64,000 nucleotides of DNA from an uncultured Bdellovibrio sp. (GCA_963932905.1 CAWVRN010000004.1:64001-128000); one strand, 5' to 3'; counted from the first letter of the stretch, positions 31,244-43,071 are shown. The notes: generated from the sequence alone by a model not told the origin. A program made the numbers and translations.

Positions 31244-33298
31244 ATGAACTACCCAAAAAGAAATAATTTTTTCTTTCAAGCCTGGGCTACTATTATCCCG
31301 TTGGCGGCCATACTTTATTTATTTTTAAGCCAAATATCTCCGATATTGGTAAGTCCCGTTAACGATGCATCAATTTCACAAATTTTCTTAGATTATTTGG
31401 CTTATTCTTGCAGCCCCGAGCCATTAGAACAACTTCGCTATCTCTTAGCAATTTCGGTTGTTCCATCTATATTTTTTATTTTTTGCTTCTTTATGCACAA
31501 TCGGGGCAACTCCTCAGAACAGACCGCCCTAGAATATAAGATCTGGGCATGCCTCGCTGTCTTAGCGCAAGCGTCCTTAACGATTTTTGTTATCTCGATG
31601 TCTACTCACGAGCAACTTAGCTTAAAAGCGTACTTCAGTGACGCAGAAATAAAGTTTTCAAGCGGAATTACTTTAATCGCATTATTCTTAATTGTTAAAT
31701 ATAGAAAGAATCTTTTATCTTGGAACGAGCAATCCAAAATAGTACCAATCTCAATCGGAATTATTTTTTCTATTCCCTGGCTAAGCACATGTATTTTTAC
31801 GAAAGACAACTTAGGCGGAGCAAACTTTACAGTCGCCTCTCATATTCACCACTATACCTCAGAAATTTTAGCAGTCATGTCGGGAAAGACACCCATGGTA
31901 GACTACTTTCCCCAATATCAATCTCTTCTGTCTTACTTTCTGCTCCCGTATTTTAAATTTTTTGGCTTTTCAATTTTATCATTTACATCAGTTATGGCGG
32001 GAATGTCGCTTGCCTCACTATTTAGCGTTTTTTACGTGCTAAAGGTGCTAACCAATGGATGGTGGCGTGCGCTTATATTATTTTTACCTTTTGTGGCAAT
32101 CAGTTTCTATTCCACCTTTGAAAATACGCCTCCGCAACCTCTTCACGCGTTTAATTATTTTGCGATGTGGCCCCTACGCTATTTTTTACCATGTTTAATT
32201 TTTTCTATGTTGGTGTTTTGCTTACGTTCGAATTTCAGATTCCGCTTCCTTTTATTGTTTTTCCTCGGAGGAATCGCAACAATTAATAATATAGATCACG
32301 GTCTGCCTGCTTTGATTGGGGGATTAGTAGCATTTTTAATGGTTATTCTAGTCCAAATGAAAAATAGAGACTTAGCTTTCAATCTGGTTTTGCAGTTTGT
32401 GGTTGGCTTGGTTTTGTCATTTGGAGCGATTGCCTTATTTAATTTCATCCGAGCCGGTAGCCCTGGCGATTTGTTTAATTTATCGTTCCAAAGAATATTT
32501 GCAGTTTATGGTTTCTTTATGCTACCAGCACCGTATTTTGGAGTGCACTGGTTACCGTACTTAACCTTTATGGCTTCTTTATTGTCTGGGGTTTACCTTG
32601 CTTTTACTCAGCCCAATGCAGATCCAACCACTCAACTCAAGATTGCATTACTAAGTTATTTGGGAATTTTTGGCCCTGGCGCTATGATGTATTATGTTGG
32701 CCGCTCTCACCCATTAGTTTTAATATCTATTTTTCCTATTTGGGCCCTTACTGTAATGGTACTGGGATGGATTTATTTTGAGTATTTCACTAAGTTAAAA
32801 ACAATAAAAAATGTTTATTTATCTATCGTACCAATGGCAATTTTGTTATTTTTTTACTTTCTCTTTTTTACTCAGATTTTGAAAATGCCTTCACTAATTT
32901 CTGAATTAAAACGTTACCAAGAACATGATCGTAAAAATGCGGTTATTGAATCCGTTGAAGAAATTAAGGCTATTATTCAGCCCAAAATAGCTAAAAAAGA
33001 AAATGTTCTCTTATTATTTCCTTATGGAGATCTTGTAGCGCAAGAGTTAGGCGTCAGAAATGTTTCTCCGTATTCATTGGTTTACTCTATCTTTTTAAAA
33101 ACTCAAATTTTGCAAATGATGGAAGCAGCTAAAAAGTACGACGTCGCGAAAATAGCATTATTATCCCCAAAAAAATCTTACAAAAACGACAACCCTTTTC
33201 GCGAGTGGAGAGAAAGATTTCAAGAATATGGATTTAGATCGACCTTCAAAAATGAAATTGATGGGCAAAATTTTGAAATATGGGAAAAGGGGCTTTAA
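31244..33298 (+). CDS. Polytopic membrane protein, putative GT-C glycosyltransferase
   Basis: More than 12 hydrophobic segments; loop GKTPMVDYFPQYQSL; soluble C-terminal domain; glycan-locus context. Confidence 0.55.
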   Translation: MNYPKRNNFFFQAWATIIPLAAILYLFLSQISPILVSPVNDASISQIFLDYLAYSCSPEPLEQLRYLLAISVVPSIFFIFCFFMHNRGNSSEQTALEYKIWACLAVLAQASLTIFVISMSTHEQLSLKAYFSDAEIKFSSGITLIALFLIVKYRKNLLSWNEQSKIVPISIGIIFSIPWLSTCIFTKDNLGGANFTVASHIHHYTSEILAVMSGKTPMVDYFPQYQSLLSYFLLPYFKFFGFSILSFTSVMAGMSLASLFSVFYVLKVLTNGWWRALILFLPFVAISFYSTFENTPPQPLHAFNYFAMWPLRYFLPCLIFSMLVFCLRSNFRFRFLLLFFLGGIATINNIDHGLPALIGGLVAFLMVILVQMKNRDLAFNLVLQFVVGLVLSFGAIALFNFIRAGSPGDLFNLSFQRIFAVYGFFMLPAPYFGVHWLPYLTFMASLLSGVYLAFTQPNADPTTQLKIALLSYLGIFGPGAMMYYVGRSHPLVLISIFPIWALTVMVLGWIYFEYFTKLKTIKNVYLSIVPMAILLFFYFLFFTQILKMPSLISELKRYQEHDRKNAVIESVEEIKAIIQPKIAKKENVLLLFPYGDLVAQELGVRNVSPYSLVYSIFLKTQILQMMEAAKKYDVAKIALLSPKKSYKNDNPFREWRERFQEYGFRSTFKNEIDGQNFEIWEKGL

Positions 33299-33299
33299 C

Positions 33300-34268
33300 T
33301 CATAAAACTAAATCAACGACTGACTTATCGAATCTGTCTCTTGTAAAAGTTTGCGCAAATTCTCTTCCACGAATACTAATCTCAGAATCTTTTAGAACGT
33401 CATTCACAGCGGTACTCAGCATAGTGGCATCTGTAACAATTTTCTGACCACCACCAGAAAGCAACTCGCCCATTCCACCTAAGCCTGAGCCAATGACGGG
33501 AACCCCCATCATCATTGCCTCGTGGGCTACGCGATTCCAACCTTCTTTAAATTGAGAAAAGGTCACTACAACGTCAGATAACTTTAAAAATGCCAAATAC
33601 TCTTTACGATTTAGCTCTAAATTCAAACATGGCAAGTTAACATCACGATTGCCCGAAGTAATAAGCAGTAAGTCCTCGCGATCTTTAAGTGCTTCATAGG
33701 CCTTATCCGCGCCCTTCTTCTTTTGCGAATTACCAATATAGATTATTTTTCTATTTCCCGGGTTTATTCTAGATCGCAAAGCGTCTACAAGCGTTTGATC
33801 CACCGTAAATTCATTTTTATCAAATCCGCAATAAATTGTTTCAATATTCTTAAATCCAAGCTCATAAAAGTAGTCACGCCAGTATTTTGATATCACAACG
33901 AGCTTAGCAATTTTGTCCTTGTTGCCAATCAAACTTCGCAGAGTCATGTAATGATGTGCCTTTACCAAAGGATGGCAATAAGCTGTATCGTAATGGTAAG
34001 CTACAACAATTTGCTTTGGCGCAGATTCCATAAAAAACACGTGGTTCATAGCACGCAAAACGTAATCCGAATTTCGCGCTTCGCCCGAAATATTCATTAA
34101 ATTTTGTAAATAACCTGGAACTTTATGAAAACGACCTTTCCCCTGCGGAACAGGATTAAAATCACGCACGTCATGACCTGCCGACTGGAAAGCCTTTTCC
34201 ATTTCGTCCTCGAATAGGTCTCCACCATATTTTTTAGTTGTGCTTATGATTCTAAGGATCTGGGACAT
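33300..34268 (-). CDS. Glycosyltransferase family 4
   Basis: IGNSQKKKG, EGWNRVAHEAMMMGVPVI (EX7E). Start placed at MSQILR. Confidence 0.9.
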   Translation of the reverse strand: MSQILRIISTTKKYGGDLFEDEMEKAFQSAGHDVRDFNPVPQGKGRFHKVPGYLQNLMNISGEARNSDYVLRAMNHVFFMESAPKQIVVAYHYDTAYCHPLVKAHHYMTLRSLIGNKDKIAKLVVISKYWRDYFYELGFKNIETIYCGFDKNEFTVDQTLVDALRSRINPGNRKIIYIGNSQKKKGADKAYEALKDREDLLLITSGNRDVNLPCLNLELNRKEYLAFLKLSDVVVTFSQFKEGWNRVAHEAMMMGVPVIGSGLGGMGELLSGGGQKIVTDATMLSTAVNDVLKDSEISIRGREFAQTFTRDRFDKSVVDLVL

Positions 34269-34512
34269 CGGAGAATTATTAACAACGCTGGATTCAAAGG
34301 CAAACAATTTTATTTATTCAGGCTATCGTTTACGCCAATAAGGTTCGGGCGCTACTCGAAAAGTGCAGAACTAGGAAATGACTCAATTAAGTTAAGCTTG
34401 GCCCCATTACCCAGCCCAGCTCTCATTTCGCAACCAACCAATACCGAAAAAGCGCTTAATTCCATTGATTTATAGCCATTTTAAATTAAGATGACTTTCT
34501 TCAGGAGGATCT

Positions 34513-35901
34513 ATGATTCCAGTTATTCTATCAGGTGGCAGCGGGACCCGATTATGGCCAGTTTCTCGTTCTAAATTTCCAAAGCAGTTTTGCGAATTAT
34601 TTGAAGAATCTCTATTTAACTTAACTTTAAAGCGTGCCCAGCAAATTGGAACACCTTGGGTTGTTACCTCTAAAAGCCTCCGCGATTTGACTTTAATGAG
34701 CATGAGACAGTTTGGACTATCCGATCAAAACTGTATATTCGAGCCCCAAGCCAAAAATACCGCACCAGCAATTGCTTATCTTGTAGCACTAATGATGTCT
34801 AAAGGCCTTGGTGAAGAGGTTGTTGTTATGCTTCCGGCTGATCATCTTATTGGCAATGAAGACCAATTCAAACGCGTTCTTAGTTTAGCTGAAAAAGAAG
34901 CACATAAAGGCCACGTAGTTACATTAGGAATAAAACCGTCTTATGCAGAAACCGGATACGGCTACATCGAAACAGTTCCGAACCAAAGTACTACCGAGCA
35001 AGGTCTGAGTGCATTTAGTGTTAAGAAATTTCATGAAAAGCCTAATACAGAAACTGCGGAGAAATTTCTAAAAGATAAAAACTACAACTGGAACGCCGGA
35101 ATATTTGTTTTCAAAATTTCTGCGATGGCAAAACTACTTGAGACTCACCAGCCAGAAATGTGGACAAATTCAAAAAAAATTCAGCCAGACCAATCAAATA
35201 TTGATGCGATTTTTGAACACTACCGCAATATTAGTATCGACTATGCCATTATGGAAAAGCTCGATTCAAATACTTTAAAATGCATACCATGTGATATCGA
35301 CTGGAGCGACGTTGGGTCTTGGGATGCTGTAGCTAAAATTCTGGAATTCACGCAAAGCCCGACAAAAAAAATAGAAGTTAAGGCCAAGAACAATTATATC
35401 CATCCTATTAAAGATAAAACCTACGCCTTGGTTGATGTAAACGATATTGTTGTTATAGATACTAAAGATGCTCTACTAATCGCGAGAAAGGGCAGTTCCC
35501 AAGATGTTAAAGAGGTTGTGGACAAACTTAAAATTGCAAGTCCAACAGTGGCCCGAGAGCATGTGTTTGAACATCGCCCATGGGGTCGATTTGAAGTTTT
35601 GCGTGACGAAAGCCACTACAAATCAAAAGTCATTCACGTATTGCCGAAAGCTCAAATTTCTTACCAATCGCACTCAAAACGCGAAGAACATTGGTTCATC
35701 ACTCGAGGTGACGGGGAAGTTGTCCTTGATGATAAAACAATTAAAGTTAGCTCCGGTACTTATATTAAAATTCCATTGGGAGCTAAACACAGAATAAGGA
35801 ACACCGGCAGTGAAACCATTGAGTTCATCGAAGTACAAATGGGCACATATTTTGGTGAAGATGATATCGTAAGATATCAAGATGATTACAAAAGACATTA
35901 A
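34513..35901 (+). CDS. manC: Mannose-1-phosphate guanylyltransferase / mannose-6-phosphate isomerase
   Basis: ILSGGSGTRLWPVSR..PKQF, EP..KNTAPA, PADH, ISIDYAIME, WSDVGSW, C-terminal cupin RPWG; AGGAGG SD. Confidence 0.95.
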   Translation: MIPVILSGGSGTRLWPVSRSKFPKQFCELFEESLFNLTLKRAQQIGTPWVVTSKSLRDLTLMSMRQFGLSDQNCIFEPQAKNTAPAIAYLVALMMSKGLGEEVVVMLPADHLIGNEDQFKRVLSLAEKEAHKGHVVTLGIKPSYAETGYGYIETVPNQSTTEQGLSAFSVKKFHEKPNTETAEKFLKDKNYNWNAGIFVFKISAMAKLLETHQPEMWTNSKKIQPDQSNIDAIFEHYRNISIDYAIMEKLDSNTLKCIPCDIDWSDVGSWDAVAKILEFTQSPTKKIEVKAKNNYIHPIKDKTYALVDVNDIVVIDTKDALLIARKGSSQDVKEVVDKLKIASPTVAREHVFEHRPWGRFEVLRDESHYKSKVIHVLPKAQISYQSHSKREEHWFITRGDGEVVLDDKTIKVSSGTYIKIPLGAKHRIRNTGSETIEFIEVQMGTYFGEDDIVRYQDDYKRH

Positions 35902-35975
35902 ACCTATTAAATACCTAACCGAAACTACTTTTGCAGAGCAGTTTCGGCATTGGAAAAACATTAAAAGGATTTAAT

Positions 35976-37676
35976 TTGTTTCGCTCTAAACTATTTCTAG
36001 TAATTCTATTTTCGCTTTTAATATTGCTTTCTTTTTCCCCGTATCTATCCGCAGGATTTTACGCTGATGATGCTATGAATAGCCAGGTAACTTTAGTTGC
36101 GAAAAAACAAAACATCTCGGTCCTAGAGTTTACAAATAAGATAATATATAATTGGCAAAAAGATGTAGGACGATACTACCCTCTTGGATTTCTCGGAAGT
36201 TACACTTTTTACGATCTTTTTCCTGAAGAAGCCTCTGCTCACATAATACAAATGTTTCTAGTTCTGATCAATATGCTTCTATTTTCTGGAGTAATATACA
36301 TTTTAACGAGCTCAACCTCTCTCGCGCTTTTATTTATTCCTATTTTACTTCTGCACTTTCAAATTCGAGATTTCTATGACCCTATCGCTGGATATGCACC
36401 ATTCATGCAACTTATGTTTATTTATGTCGTCGGAGAAATAGTATTTTTCCTTCGATACTTAAAAAATGGATCCAGCAAATCCTTGATCGGAAGCTGCTTG
36501 CTATTTCTAGCTAGTCTGCTTACTTACGAGCTCGCAATAGTATTTTTGGGGATTTTTATATTGCTAACTTGGAGCCAGTGCAAAAGCATTAAAAAGTCTC
36601 TTAATCACCTTAAATTTCATCTACTTATTCTGTTTTCGTACATATCCTATATCATATATTTAAGAGCCAACAGAACTTCATCATATTCAGGAACGGAACT
36701 CACGACAAATCCCTCAATTACAATCGAATCCTATTTGCATCAATTAGGGGCAATGCTCCCACTTAGTTATTTCTCTGCGAACAAATTCATCACATTTGAA
36801 ACTATTTTCTCAGGCGAATATGATATTTTACCCGCAATAGGATGCTGTCTCATCACTTTCGTCATTTTATTGCTTTTTAGTTCGGACAAAAGAGAAAAAC
36901 AAAAATCGTTTTTCAACAAAGACTTAATTTTCATCTGCCTAGGCTTTGTATTTCTACCGCCACTAGTGGTGGCCTTCTCTGCCAGGTGGCAAGTTAGTGT
37001 AAGTGCCGGTGTTGGCTATATCCCCGTTTATTTTTCATACTATGGATGCGCATTTTTCATCACATTCTGGATCCACAAACTTTTTATTGGAAACTCTTCT
37101 AAAAGATTTTTTTATATTGCCGCCATATTATTCACTTTGCCTTTAACTAGCCTCATCAATCATCTATCCAATCAACAATCAGTCGAGACGCAAAACATAT
37201 TATGGAAACACCCCAGAAAGCAGCTTCAATCTGCATATAAGAGTCAATTATTTGACTCAATACATGGGGCCACTGCTGTAACTCCGAAATCCTTCAGCTG
37301 GAATAGTGAATACTTAAGCGAAAAATCGCTATCGACATTCGCCTCAATTATTTCTGTCTCTCAGTTCGACAACAAAATAAAAGAATCGATGAAAACGACG
37401 ACAATCTACTTTTTAGATTTCCGAAGCTCACTTACAAAACGGGACCTCGATCAATGGGTCTTTTTATCTCCAATTTCTTACCAAAAGAACGAACTGCTAT
37501 ACTTCTCAAATCCCAAGTTTTTCTTAAATCCTCTATCCAACAAACACATTAAAGTTGTAGTCAGTTGTAATAAGCATAAAGAAGAAATTACCTTCAATAA
37601 AGAAATTATAAACAATGTCGTGAGCGCGACACCGTTTAATTGCACCTTGGACAAATTGGATATTCATTTAGAATAA
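35976..37676 (+). CDS. Polytopic membrane protein, putative GT-C (GtrII-like) glycosyltransferase
   Basis: GFYADD acidic pair after TM1, GRYYP, LLTYE; about 11-12 TMs. TTG at 35976 has an AAAGGA SD (ORF track start 35931). Confidence 0.6.
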   Translation: MFRSKLFLVILFSLLILLSFSPYLSAGFYADDAMNSQVTLVAKKQNISVLEFTNKIIYNWQKDVGRYYPLGFLGSYTFYDLFPEEASAHIIQMFLVLINMLLFSGVIYILTSSTSLALLFIPILLLHFQIRDFYDPIAGYAPFMQLMFIYVVGEIVFFLRYLKNGSSKSLIGSCLLFLASLLTYELAIVFLGIFILLTWSQCKSIKKSLNHLKFHLLILFSYISYIIYLRANRTSSYSGTELTTNPSITIESYLHQLGAMLPLSYFSANKFITFETIFSGEYDILPAIGCCLITFVILLLFSSDKREKQKSFFNKDLIFICLGFVFLPPLVVAFSARWQVSVSAGVGYIPVYFSYYGCAFFITFWIHKLFIGNSSKRFFYIAAILFTLPLTSLINHLSNQQSVETQNILWKHPRKQLQSAYKSQLFDSIHGATAVTPKSFSWNSEYLSEKSLSTFASIISVSQFDNKIKESMKTTTIYFLDFRSSLTKRDLDQWVFLSPISYQKNELLYFSNPKFFLNPLSNKHIKVVVSCNKHKEEITFNKEIINNVVSATPFNCTLDKLDIHLE

Positions 37677-37711
37677 CTTTATAGAAACTCTCGTATAGGA
37701 ACTTTGAACTT

Positions 37712-38452
37712 ATGAACCAACAAATACCTTTTGAACTTGATAGCCTACAATACGCGTATAACTACCAAAAGTGGATGACCGATGCTATTGAGCCCGAATT
37801 AGGAAACTCGATATTAGAAATTGGTGCGGGAATAGGAAATTTATCAAGTCGCCTGCCCTTACGAAGCAAACTAATTTTTACAGAATCTGATCCGTATCTG
37901 TATGAAATGTTGAAAACTAAAGTTAAAGATAAGTTTTCAGAAAACACTCAAGTAAAAACATTTCTTGTCGACATCGCTACAAATTGGACGGAACCGCTAT
38001 TAACTGAAAATATCGACACAGTGGTTTCATTCAACGTTCTTGAACATATTGAAGATGATTTTGCAGCGATGAAACAAATATATCATTTACTAAAAAACGG
38101 TGGATCACTGAACGAGAAAAAAATTATAACTTTTGTTCCAGCACATCAATGGGCATTTGGAGAAATGGATAAAAAATTTAAACACTTTCGTCGATACAAC
38201 CATAAAAGACTAATTGAAATAGCAAACAAAATTGATCCAAAAATACAAATTGAGTACAGATATTTTAATTTGCTTGGACTGCCGCCATGGTTTTTCTTCG
38301 GACGAATTTTAAGACGAAATAAAATTGATAAGTCTTCAATAACTATATTTGAAAAAATTTGCCCCTATATTAGAGGCATTGATGACTTTATTCATTCAGT
38401 ATTAAGACTTCCATTCGGACAGTCTTTAATCTTCACAATGAAGTTCCGTTAG
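37712..38452 (+). CDS. Class I SAM-dependent methyltransferase
   Basis: ILEIGAGIGN, NVLEHIEDD, VPAHQW.FG.MD...HFRRY. Confidence 0.9.
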   Translation: MNQQIPFELDSLQYAYNYQKWMTDAIEPELGNSILEIGAGIGNLSSRLPLRSKLIFTESDPYLYEMLKTKVKDKFSENTQVKTFLVDIATNWTEPLLTENIDTVVSFNVLEHIEDDFAAMKQIYHLLKNGGSLNEKKIITFVPAHQWAFGEMDKKFKHFRRYNHKRLIEIANKIDPKIQIEYRYFNLLGLPPWFFFGRILRRNKIDKSSITIFEKICPYIRGIDDFIHSVLRLPFGQSLIFTMKFR

Positions 38453-39289
38453 CTATTTTGATGCTTCTCTTGAACCTGACGCATACATATGCTCCTTACG
38501 CTGTTTTGAGGCCCTATGGGCGTCAAAATCATATTTACTAGGCAAATCAGTAAACATTTTTTCAACTGGAATCATAAAGTTAAATTTAAAGATATGGCAA
38601 AGAGCCGCGACGCCGTCTTTCCAGTTAATTTTTTTCCCCTGTAATCTAGTTCGAGGGTAATAATGTATGGGAAGCTCGAATACTCTTGAGGATGTTTTTG
38701 CAATATACGCAGTTACCTCCACTTCAAATCCAAAACGCTTACTTTGCAAATTCATAGATCGAATTAGGTCGCCACGAAAAACTTTATAGCAAGTTTCCAT
38801 ATCGGTTAAATATAAACCTGAAGACAAATTACTTAATACAGTCAGAAAACGATTCACAAAATAGTGATAGGTTCTATGAACCTGAGGGCTACTTTTTTTG
38901 AATCGGCTACCAAACACAACATCGGCGCGATTTTCAAGAAGTGGTACTAACAAACTAGGAACATCCTGAGGATCATACTCAAAATCTGCGTCTTGAATAA
39001 CTACCAAATCGCCAGTGCACGCCTTAATACCACGTTGAATAGCTGCACCCTTCCCTTGATTCGGCGATTGTTCGATCAAAATAAAACCGTATTGAGCCTG
39101 CTTTTCCTTCAAAATAGTTAAAGAGCTGTCCGTGCTTGAATCATTGATAAAAATCCACTCTCGTTTAAGCACACAAGGAGACTCAAACATATAGTCAATA
39201 ATTGCACCTAGATGCCCAGCTTCATTATATACCGGGACAATGACACTCAAAACAGCATTTTCAGAAATTAACGTGACCGAATTCGACAT
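38453..39289 (-). CDS. Polyprenyl-phosphate glycosyltransferase (GT2, DPM-synthase-like)
   Basis: VIVPVYNE, NDSSTD, NQGKGAA, IQDADFEYDP, DVVFGSRF, TDMETCYK, RFGFEVE, GKKINWKDG. Confidence 0.9.
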   Translation of the reverse strand: MSNSVTLISENAVLSVIVPVYNEAGHLGAIIDYMFESPCVLKREWIFINDSSTDSSLTILKEKQAQYGFILIEQSPNQGKGAAIQRGIKACTGDLVVIQDADFEYDPQDVPSLLVPLLENRADVVFGSRFKKSSPQVHRTYHYFVNRFLTVLSNLSSGLYLTDMETCYKVFRGDLIRSMNLQSKRFGFEVEVTAYIAKTSSRVFELPIHYYPRTRLQGKKINWKDGVAALCHIFKFNFMIPVEKMFTDLPSKYDFDAHRASKQRKEHMYASGSREASK

Positions 39290-40233
39290 TACTTACCTTC
39301 TATTTTAAATTCTTTTTTAAACCAATCCAATGTAACTTTCAATCCGTCGGATAAAGATACACCTGGAGACCAGTTCAGTGTTGATTTGATTCGAGAAATA
39401 TCAGGACGACGTTTAAGAGGATCATTTTCAGGAAGCTTTAGAAATAAATGTGGCGATGTGTTTCCTAAAAGATCATTAATTTTATTTGCTAGCTCCACGA
39501 TTGTAAGTTCTTCGGGGTTACCAATGTTCATTGGACCAGTTTCGCTACTGTTCATAAGAGCAATTAAACCTGCGACTAGATCCGTGACGAAGCAGAGACT
39601 GCGTGTCTGTGTACCATCACCATTTATCGTAAGTGATTTTTTTTGCAATGCCTGGGAAAAAAAGCTCGGAATTACGCGACCATCTTCGGGACGCATATTG
39701 GGACCATACGTATTAAATATTCTAGCTATACATATGTTAGTGCCGTTTTCACGACGATGAGCCATAGACAATGCTTCTGCATATCGTTTTGATTCATCAT
39801 AACATCCACGCACCCCTACAGGATTAACATTCCCAAAATATGTTTCTACTTGTGGATGAACTAAGGGGTCCCCATATACTTCACTTGTACTTGCCAATAA
39901 AATTCTCGCTTTTTTTCTAGAGGCTATATCAAGTAAGTGTCGATGTCCGATAGATCCCGTTTCTAATATAAATAGGGGAATTCTTTCAAAATCGATTGGC
40001 GATGCCGGTGAAGCCAGATTAAATATCTGATCCACGGACCCTTCAATATCAAATGCAGTACGAATATCATGTTTTAATAATTTAAATTTTGGCTGATCAA
40101 AAAATGGTTTTATATTGCTTTCTTTACCCGTAATAAAATTATCAACAACAATAACTTCGTGGCCGTCTTTCAAAAGACGCGCGACCAAGTTACTTCCGAT
40201 AAAACCAGCACCACCTGCGACGAGAATTCTCAT
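39289..40233 (-). CDS. uxs: UDP-glucuronic acid decarboxylase (UDP-xylose synthase)
   Basis: [55 protein letters not shown]. Confidence 0.88.
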   Translation of the reverse strand: MRILVAGGAGFIGSNLVARLLKDGHEVIVVDNFITGKESNIKPFFDQPKFKLLKHDIRTAFDIEGSVDQIFNLASPASPIDFERIPLFILETGSIGHRHLLDIASRKKARILLASTSEVYGDPLVHPQVETYFGNVNPVGVRGCYDESKRYAEALSMAHRRENGTNICIARIFNTYGPNMRPEDGRVIPSFFSQALQKKSLTINGDGTQTRSLCFVTDLVAGLIALMNSSETGPMNIGNPEELTIVELANKINDLLGNTSPHLFLKLPENDPLKRRPDISRIKSTLNWSPGVSLSDGLKVTLDWFKKEFKIEGK

Positions 40234-41537
40234 TGTCTACCAATAACTTCTTGCCCGATACTAAAGTAGCGAAACCCTGCAGATTTAAATTTAAGCGGAT
40301 CAAAAACATTTCTTCCATCAAAAATCACTTTTTGGCGCATTTTCGACGACAATAAATGAAAGTCTGGTGTTACAAACTCGTTCCATTCTGTAACAAGCAT
40401 TAATCCGTCTACACCGCTAAATGCCTCTTCTTTTGAAGAAACCAATTCAAATTTTACCTTCGAAACCTTCAAGGCGTTTTCACCCGCGATAGGGTCATAT
40501 GCTTTAACCGTCGCACCAGCATTAACTAGCGCCTCAATCAAAAACAAGGCAGGCGCTTCACGCACGTCATCAGTATTGGGTTTAAAACTAAGGCCCCAAA
40601 TCCCAAAGACAAGACCTTTTAAAGTGGGATAGTGCTTTTGTGCTTTACTAAATAAAAGTACTTTCTGACGATCATTAACTGTATCAGCCGCATCTACCAC
40701 TGCCATTGAAGTACCATATTCGTGGGCTACGCTTGACAACGCTTTTACGTCTTTTGGAAAACAAGAACCACCAAAGCCCACACCAGGATAAAAGAATGCA
40801 GGATTAATACGGCTATCGCTTGTAAAACCTCTTCGTACCTCGTTAATATCGGCACCCATGATATCTGCAAGCGCGGCTAATTCATTAATAAAGCTAATCT
40901 TAACTGCCAAAAATGCATTGGCAGCATATTTAGTCATTTCTGCGGATGCATTGTTCATGATAATAATTGGGCAATTGTCGTTAATAAAAGGTTTATAAAT
41001 CTCTTTCATTGTGGTCGCAGCTGCATCCGTCGAACATCCAATGACTACACGATCAGGTTTTAAGAAATCATTGAGAGCTGAACCCTCCCTTAAGAATTCC
41101 GGATTGTTAACAACATCGATTTGAGACTTTGTCCAAGACGGTATTTTTGATTTAATTCTTTCGGCTGTTCCGATAGGAACAGTGCTCTTTAGCACTATTG
41201 TCTTTTTACGATCAGAATTACGGCATATTGATTCAATTGTTGCAAAGGTAGCATCTAAATTGGCGGACCCGTCAGCCTTTTCAGGCGTTCCTACCGCAAT
41301 AAAAAACACTTCGTTATCGTTTACCGTGCTAGCGAGATTCGTAGTAAAAGTTAACCGCGAAAAACACTGTTTAAGCAACTCTTCTAAACCCGGCTCGTAA
41401 ATAGGGATTTTTTTATCTTTAAGAAGTCGAATTTTCTCTTCATCAATATCAACACATGTAACATCGTGACCCATATTGGCAAAACACACCCCAACTGCCA
41501 AGCCAACGTAACCTGTCCCAACTATTACTATCTTCAT
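40230..41537 (-). CDS. ugd: UDP-glucose 6-dehydrogenase
   Basis: [56 protein letters not shown] before MKIVIV. Confidence 0.95.
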   Translation of the reverse strand: MKIVIVGTGYVGLAVGVCFANMGHDVTCVDIDEEKIRLLKDKKIPIYEPGLEELLKQCFSRLTFTTNLASTVNDNEVFFIAVGTPEKADGSANLDATFATIESICRNSDRKKTIVLKSTVPIGTAERIKSKIPSWTKSQIDVVNNPEFLREGSALNDFLKPDRVVIGCSTDAAATTMKEIYKPFINDNCPIIIMNNASAEMTKYAANAFLAVKISFINELAALADIMGADINEVRRGFTSDSRINPAFFYPGVGFGGSCFPKDVKALSSVAHEYGTSMAVVDAADTVNDRQKVLLFSKAQKHYPTLKGLVFGIWGLSFKPNTDDVREAPALFLIEALVNAGATVKAYDPIAGENALKVSKVKFELVSSKEEAFSGVDGLMLVTEWNEFVTPDFHLLSSKMRQKVIFDGRNVFDPLKFKSAGFRYFSIGQEVIGRQ

Positions 41538-41703
41538 TTTTTTCTCCGAGAAAAGCCTCTCTATCTTGTCCAAAAATGCCCTTAAAGGCAACCACTATCC
41601 TGCGCTAGCACTGCTCTCTAAAGAGAAATAGCTCGATATATAGCAGGCAACTCATTGACTATAACTCCTCCGTCACCGTAAAATCTCGGACTACCAGGCA
41701 ACT

Positions 41704-43071
41704 ATGAAATCAGACAATAAAAAACACATTATTTTGCGTGAAAATTTCCCATTCTTTACTTTTCTACTCGTTTCTTTTGCGGTTGTTTTTGGACTAGCTT
41801 CGTCAAATTTCTTTGTTTCGGGTGATACTGTAGTTTTAATGAATTCAATCAAGACTATTTCCGACTGCCTTGAGAATGGAAACTTTACCATTTGCCCTTC
41901 CGTCGCCCATTTCCCGTTAAGTCAGCACCTGATTGGATACTTATTTTATAAATCCGGAATACCAATCGAAAATCTTTTAGGCTCCTTTAAAATTTTGAAC
42001 CTATTTGCGTGGTTCTTTGGATTACTGATTCCGGCATTCTTCTGGAGAAATAAAAAACACCTACCAGCTCTTTTGATCTACTTTATTGTGTATATATCAA
42101 GCCCACTTTGGTGGTACGGCAATACTAGCTTTAATGAAATTTTAAGTGCAACATTAATTAGCTTATTTCTCCTAAGCTTAATGTACACCTCTTATCTGCC
42201 TTTTCTAACTAGCTTTTTTGTTGTGCTCACCAAGGAAGTCGCATTTTTATATGTAGTTGCTTGGAGTATAGCCATTGCAGTTATTAAATTCAAAGAAGAT
42301 AAGGGCAACGCCAAAAGAACAGTTTTAAGCGCTTTAGCTGGAACAACTTTAGGTTTAACATTTCAAGTGTTATTTAATTTTTGGCGATTCAATTCCCCTA
42401 TCAACAACGAACTACTTTTGCCGATATACCGAGTACCGACTTTTGAGGTAAAACTTAATTTTTTTCTTGCACAATGGTTTGGTCCAAACGTAGGAATTCT
42501 ATATTTCTGGCCTGCATTGACGGTATTGTTCGTTATGTATTTTCGATTTCATAAAACCTGGAAATGGTATTTTTCTCGCCTAACAGTAGGACTATTTCTA
42601 CTGTCGGTCACAATAGGCTTTGCCTTATGGTGTGCTCCGTTCGGTTGGGTAGCCTACGGCCATCGGTTGATTGTACCTTGGCTACCTGGTTTAACACTAT
42701 TTCTTCTATACTCTGGCAATGACACTATTTCAAAATCGTTAAATGAAATCGCGTCTAGTCCATTTCTTAAGTATTTTGTTTCGTTGGCGGTAACAGCATT
42801 AACAATGCCCAACATTGCTATATTGTTTAACATCAATAATATTTCTAACTTTTTTGTTCCTGACTCTGTTTGCCCAACACCGGCTATCTTGCAGACTGAC
42901 GCCAATTATTATTATAAGTGCATTCAACATTACGCTTGGGATGCAAATTGGATACACTCAGTTACATTTTCTCATACCGATTGGCCAAAAGCGGGACTGG
43001 CTATCGCAATTGGATTGATTAGCCTTGTGGCTTTATTTTACAAATTATTGAAGGCTACCCGTGAAACCTAG
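41704..43071 (+). CDS. Polytopic membrane protein, putative GT-C glycosyltransferase
   Basis: About 10-11 TMs, SGD after TM1, TKE motif, GWVAYGHRLIVP loop; divergent from ugd. Confidence 0.55.
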   Translation: MKSDNKKHIILRENFPFFTFLLVSFAVVFGLASSNFFVSGDTVVLMNSIKTISDCLENGNFTICPSVAHFPLSQHLIGYLFYKSGIPIENLLGSFKILNLFAWFFGLLIPAFFWRNKKHLPALLIYFIVYISSPLWWYGNTSFNEILSATLISLFLLSLMYTSYLPFLTSFFVVLTKEVAFLYVVAWSIAIAVIKFKEDKGNAKRTVLSALAGTTLGLTFQVLFNFWRFNSPINNELLLPIYRVPTFEVKLNFFLAQWFGPNVGILYFWPALTVLFVMYFRFHKTWKWYFSRLTVGLFLLSVTIGFALWCAPFGWVAYGHRLIVPWLPGLTLFLLYSGNDTISKSLNEIASSPFLKYFVSLAVTALTMPNIAILFNINNISNFFVPDSVCPTPAILQTDANYYYKCIQHYAWDANWIHSVTFSHTDWPKAGLAIAIGLISLVALFYKLLKATRET

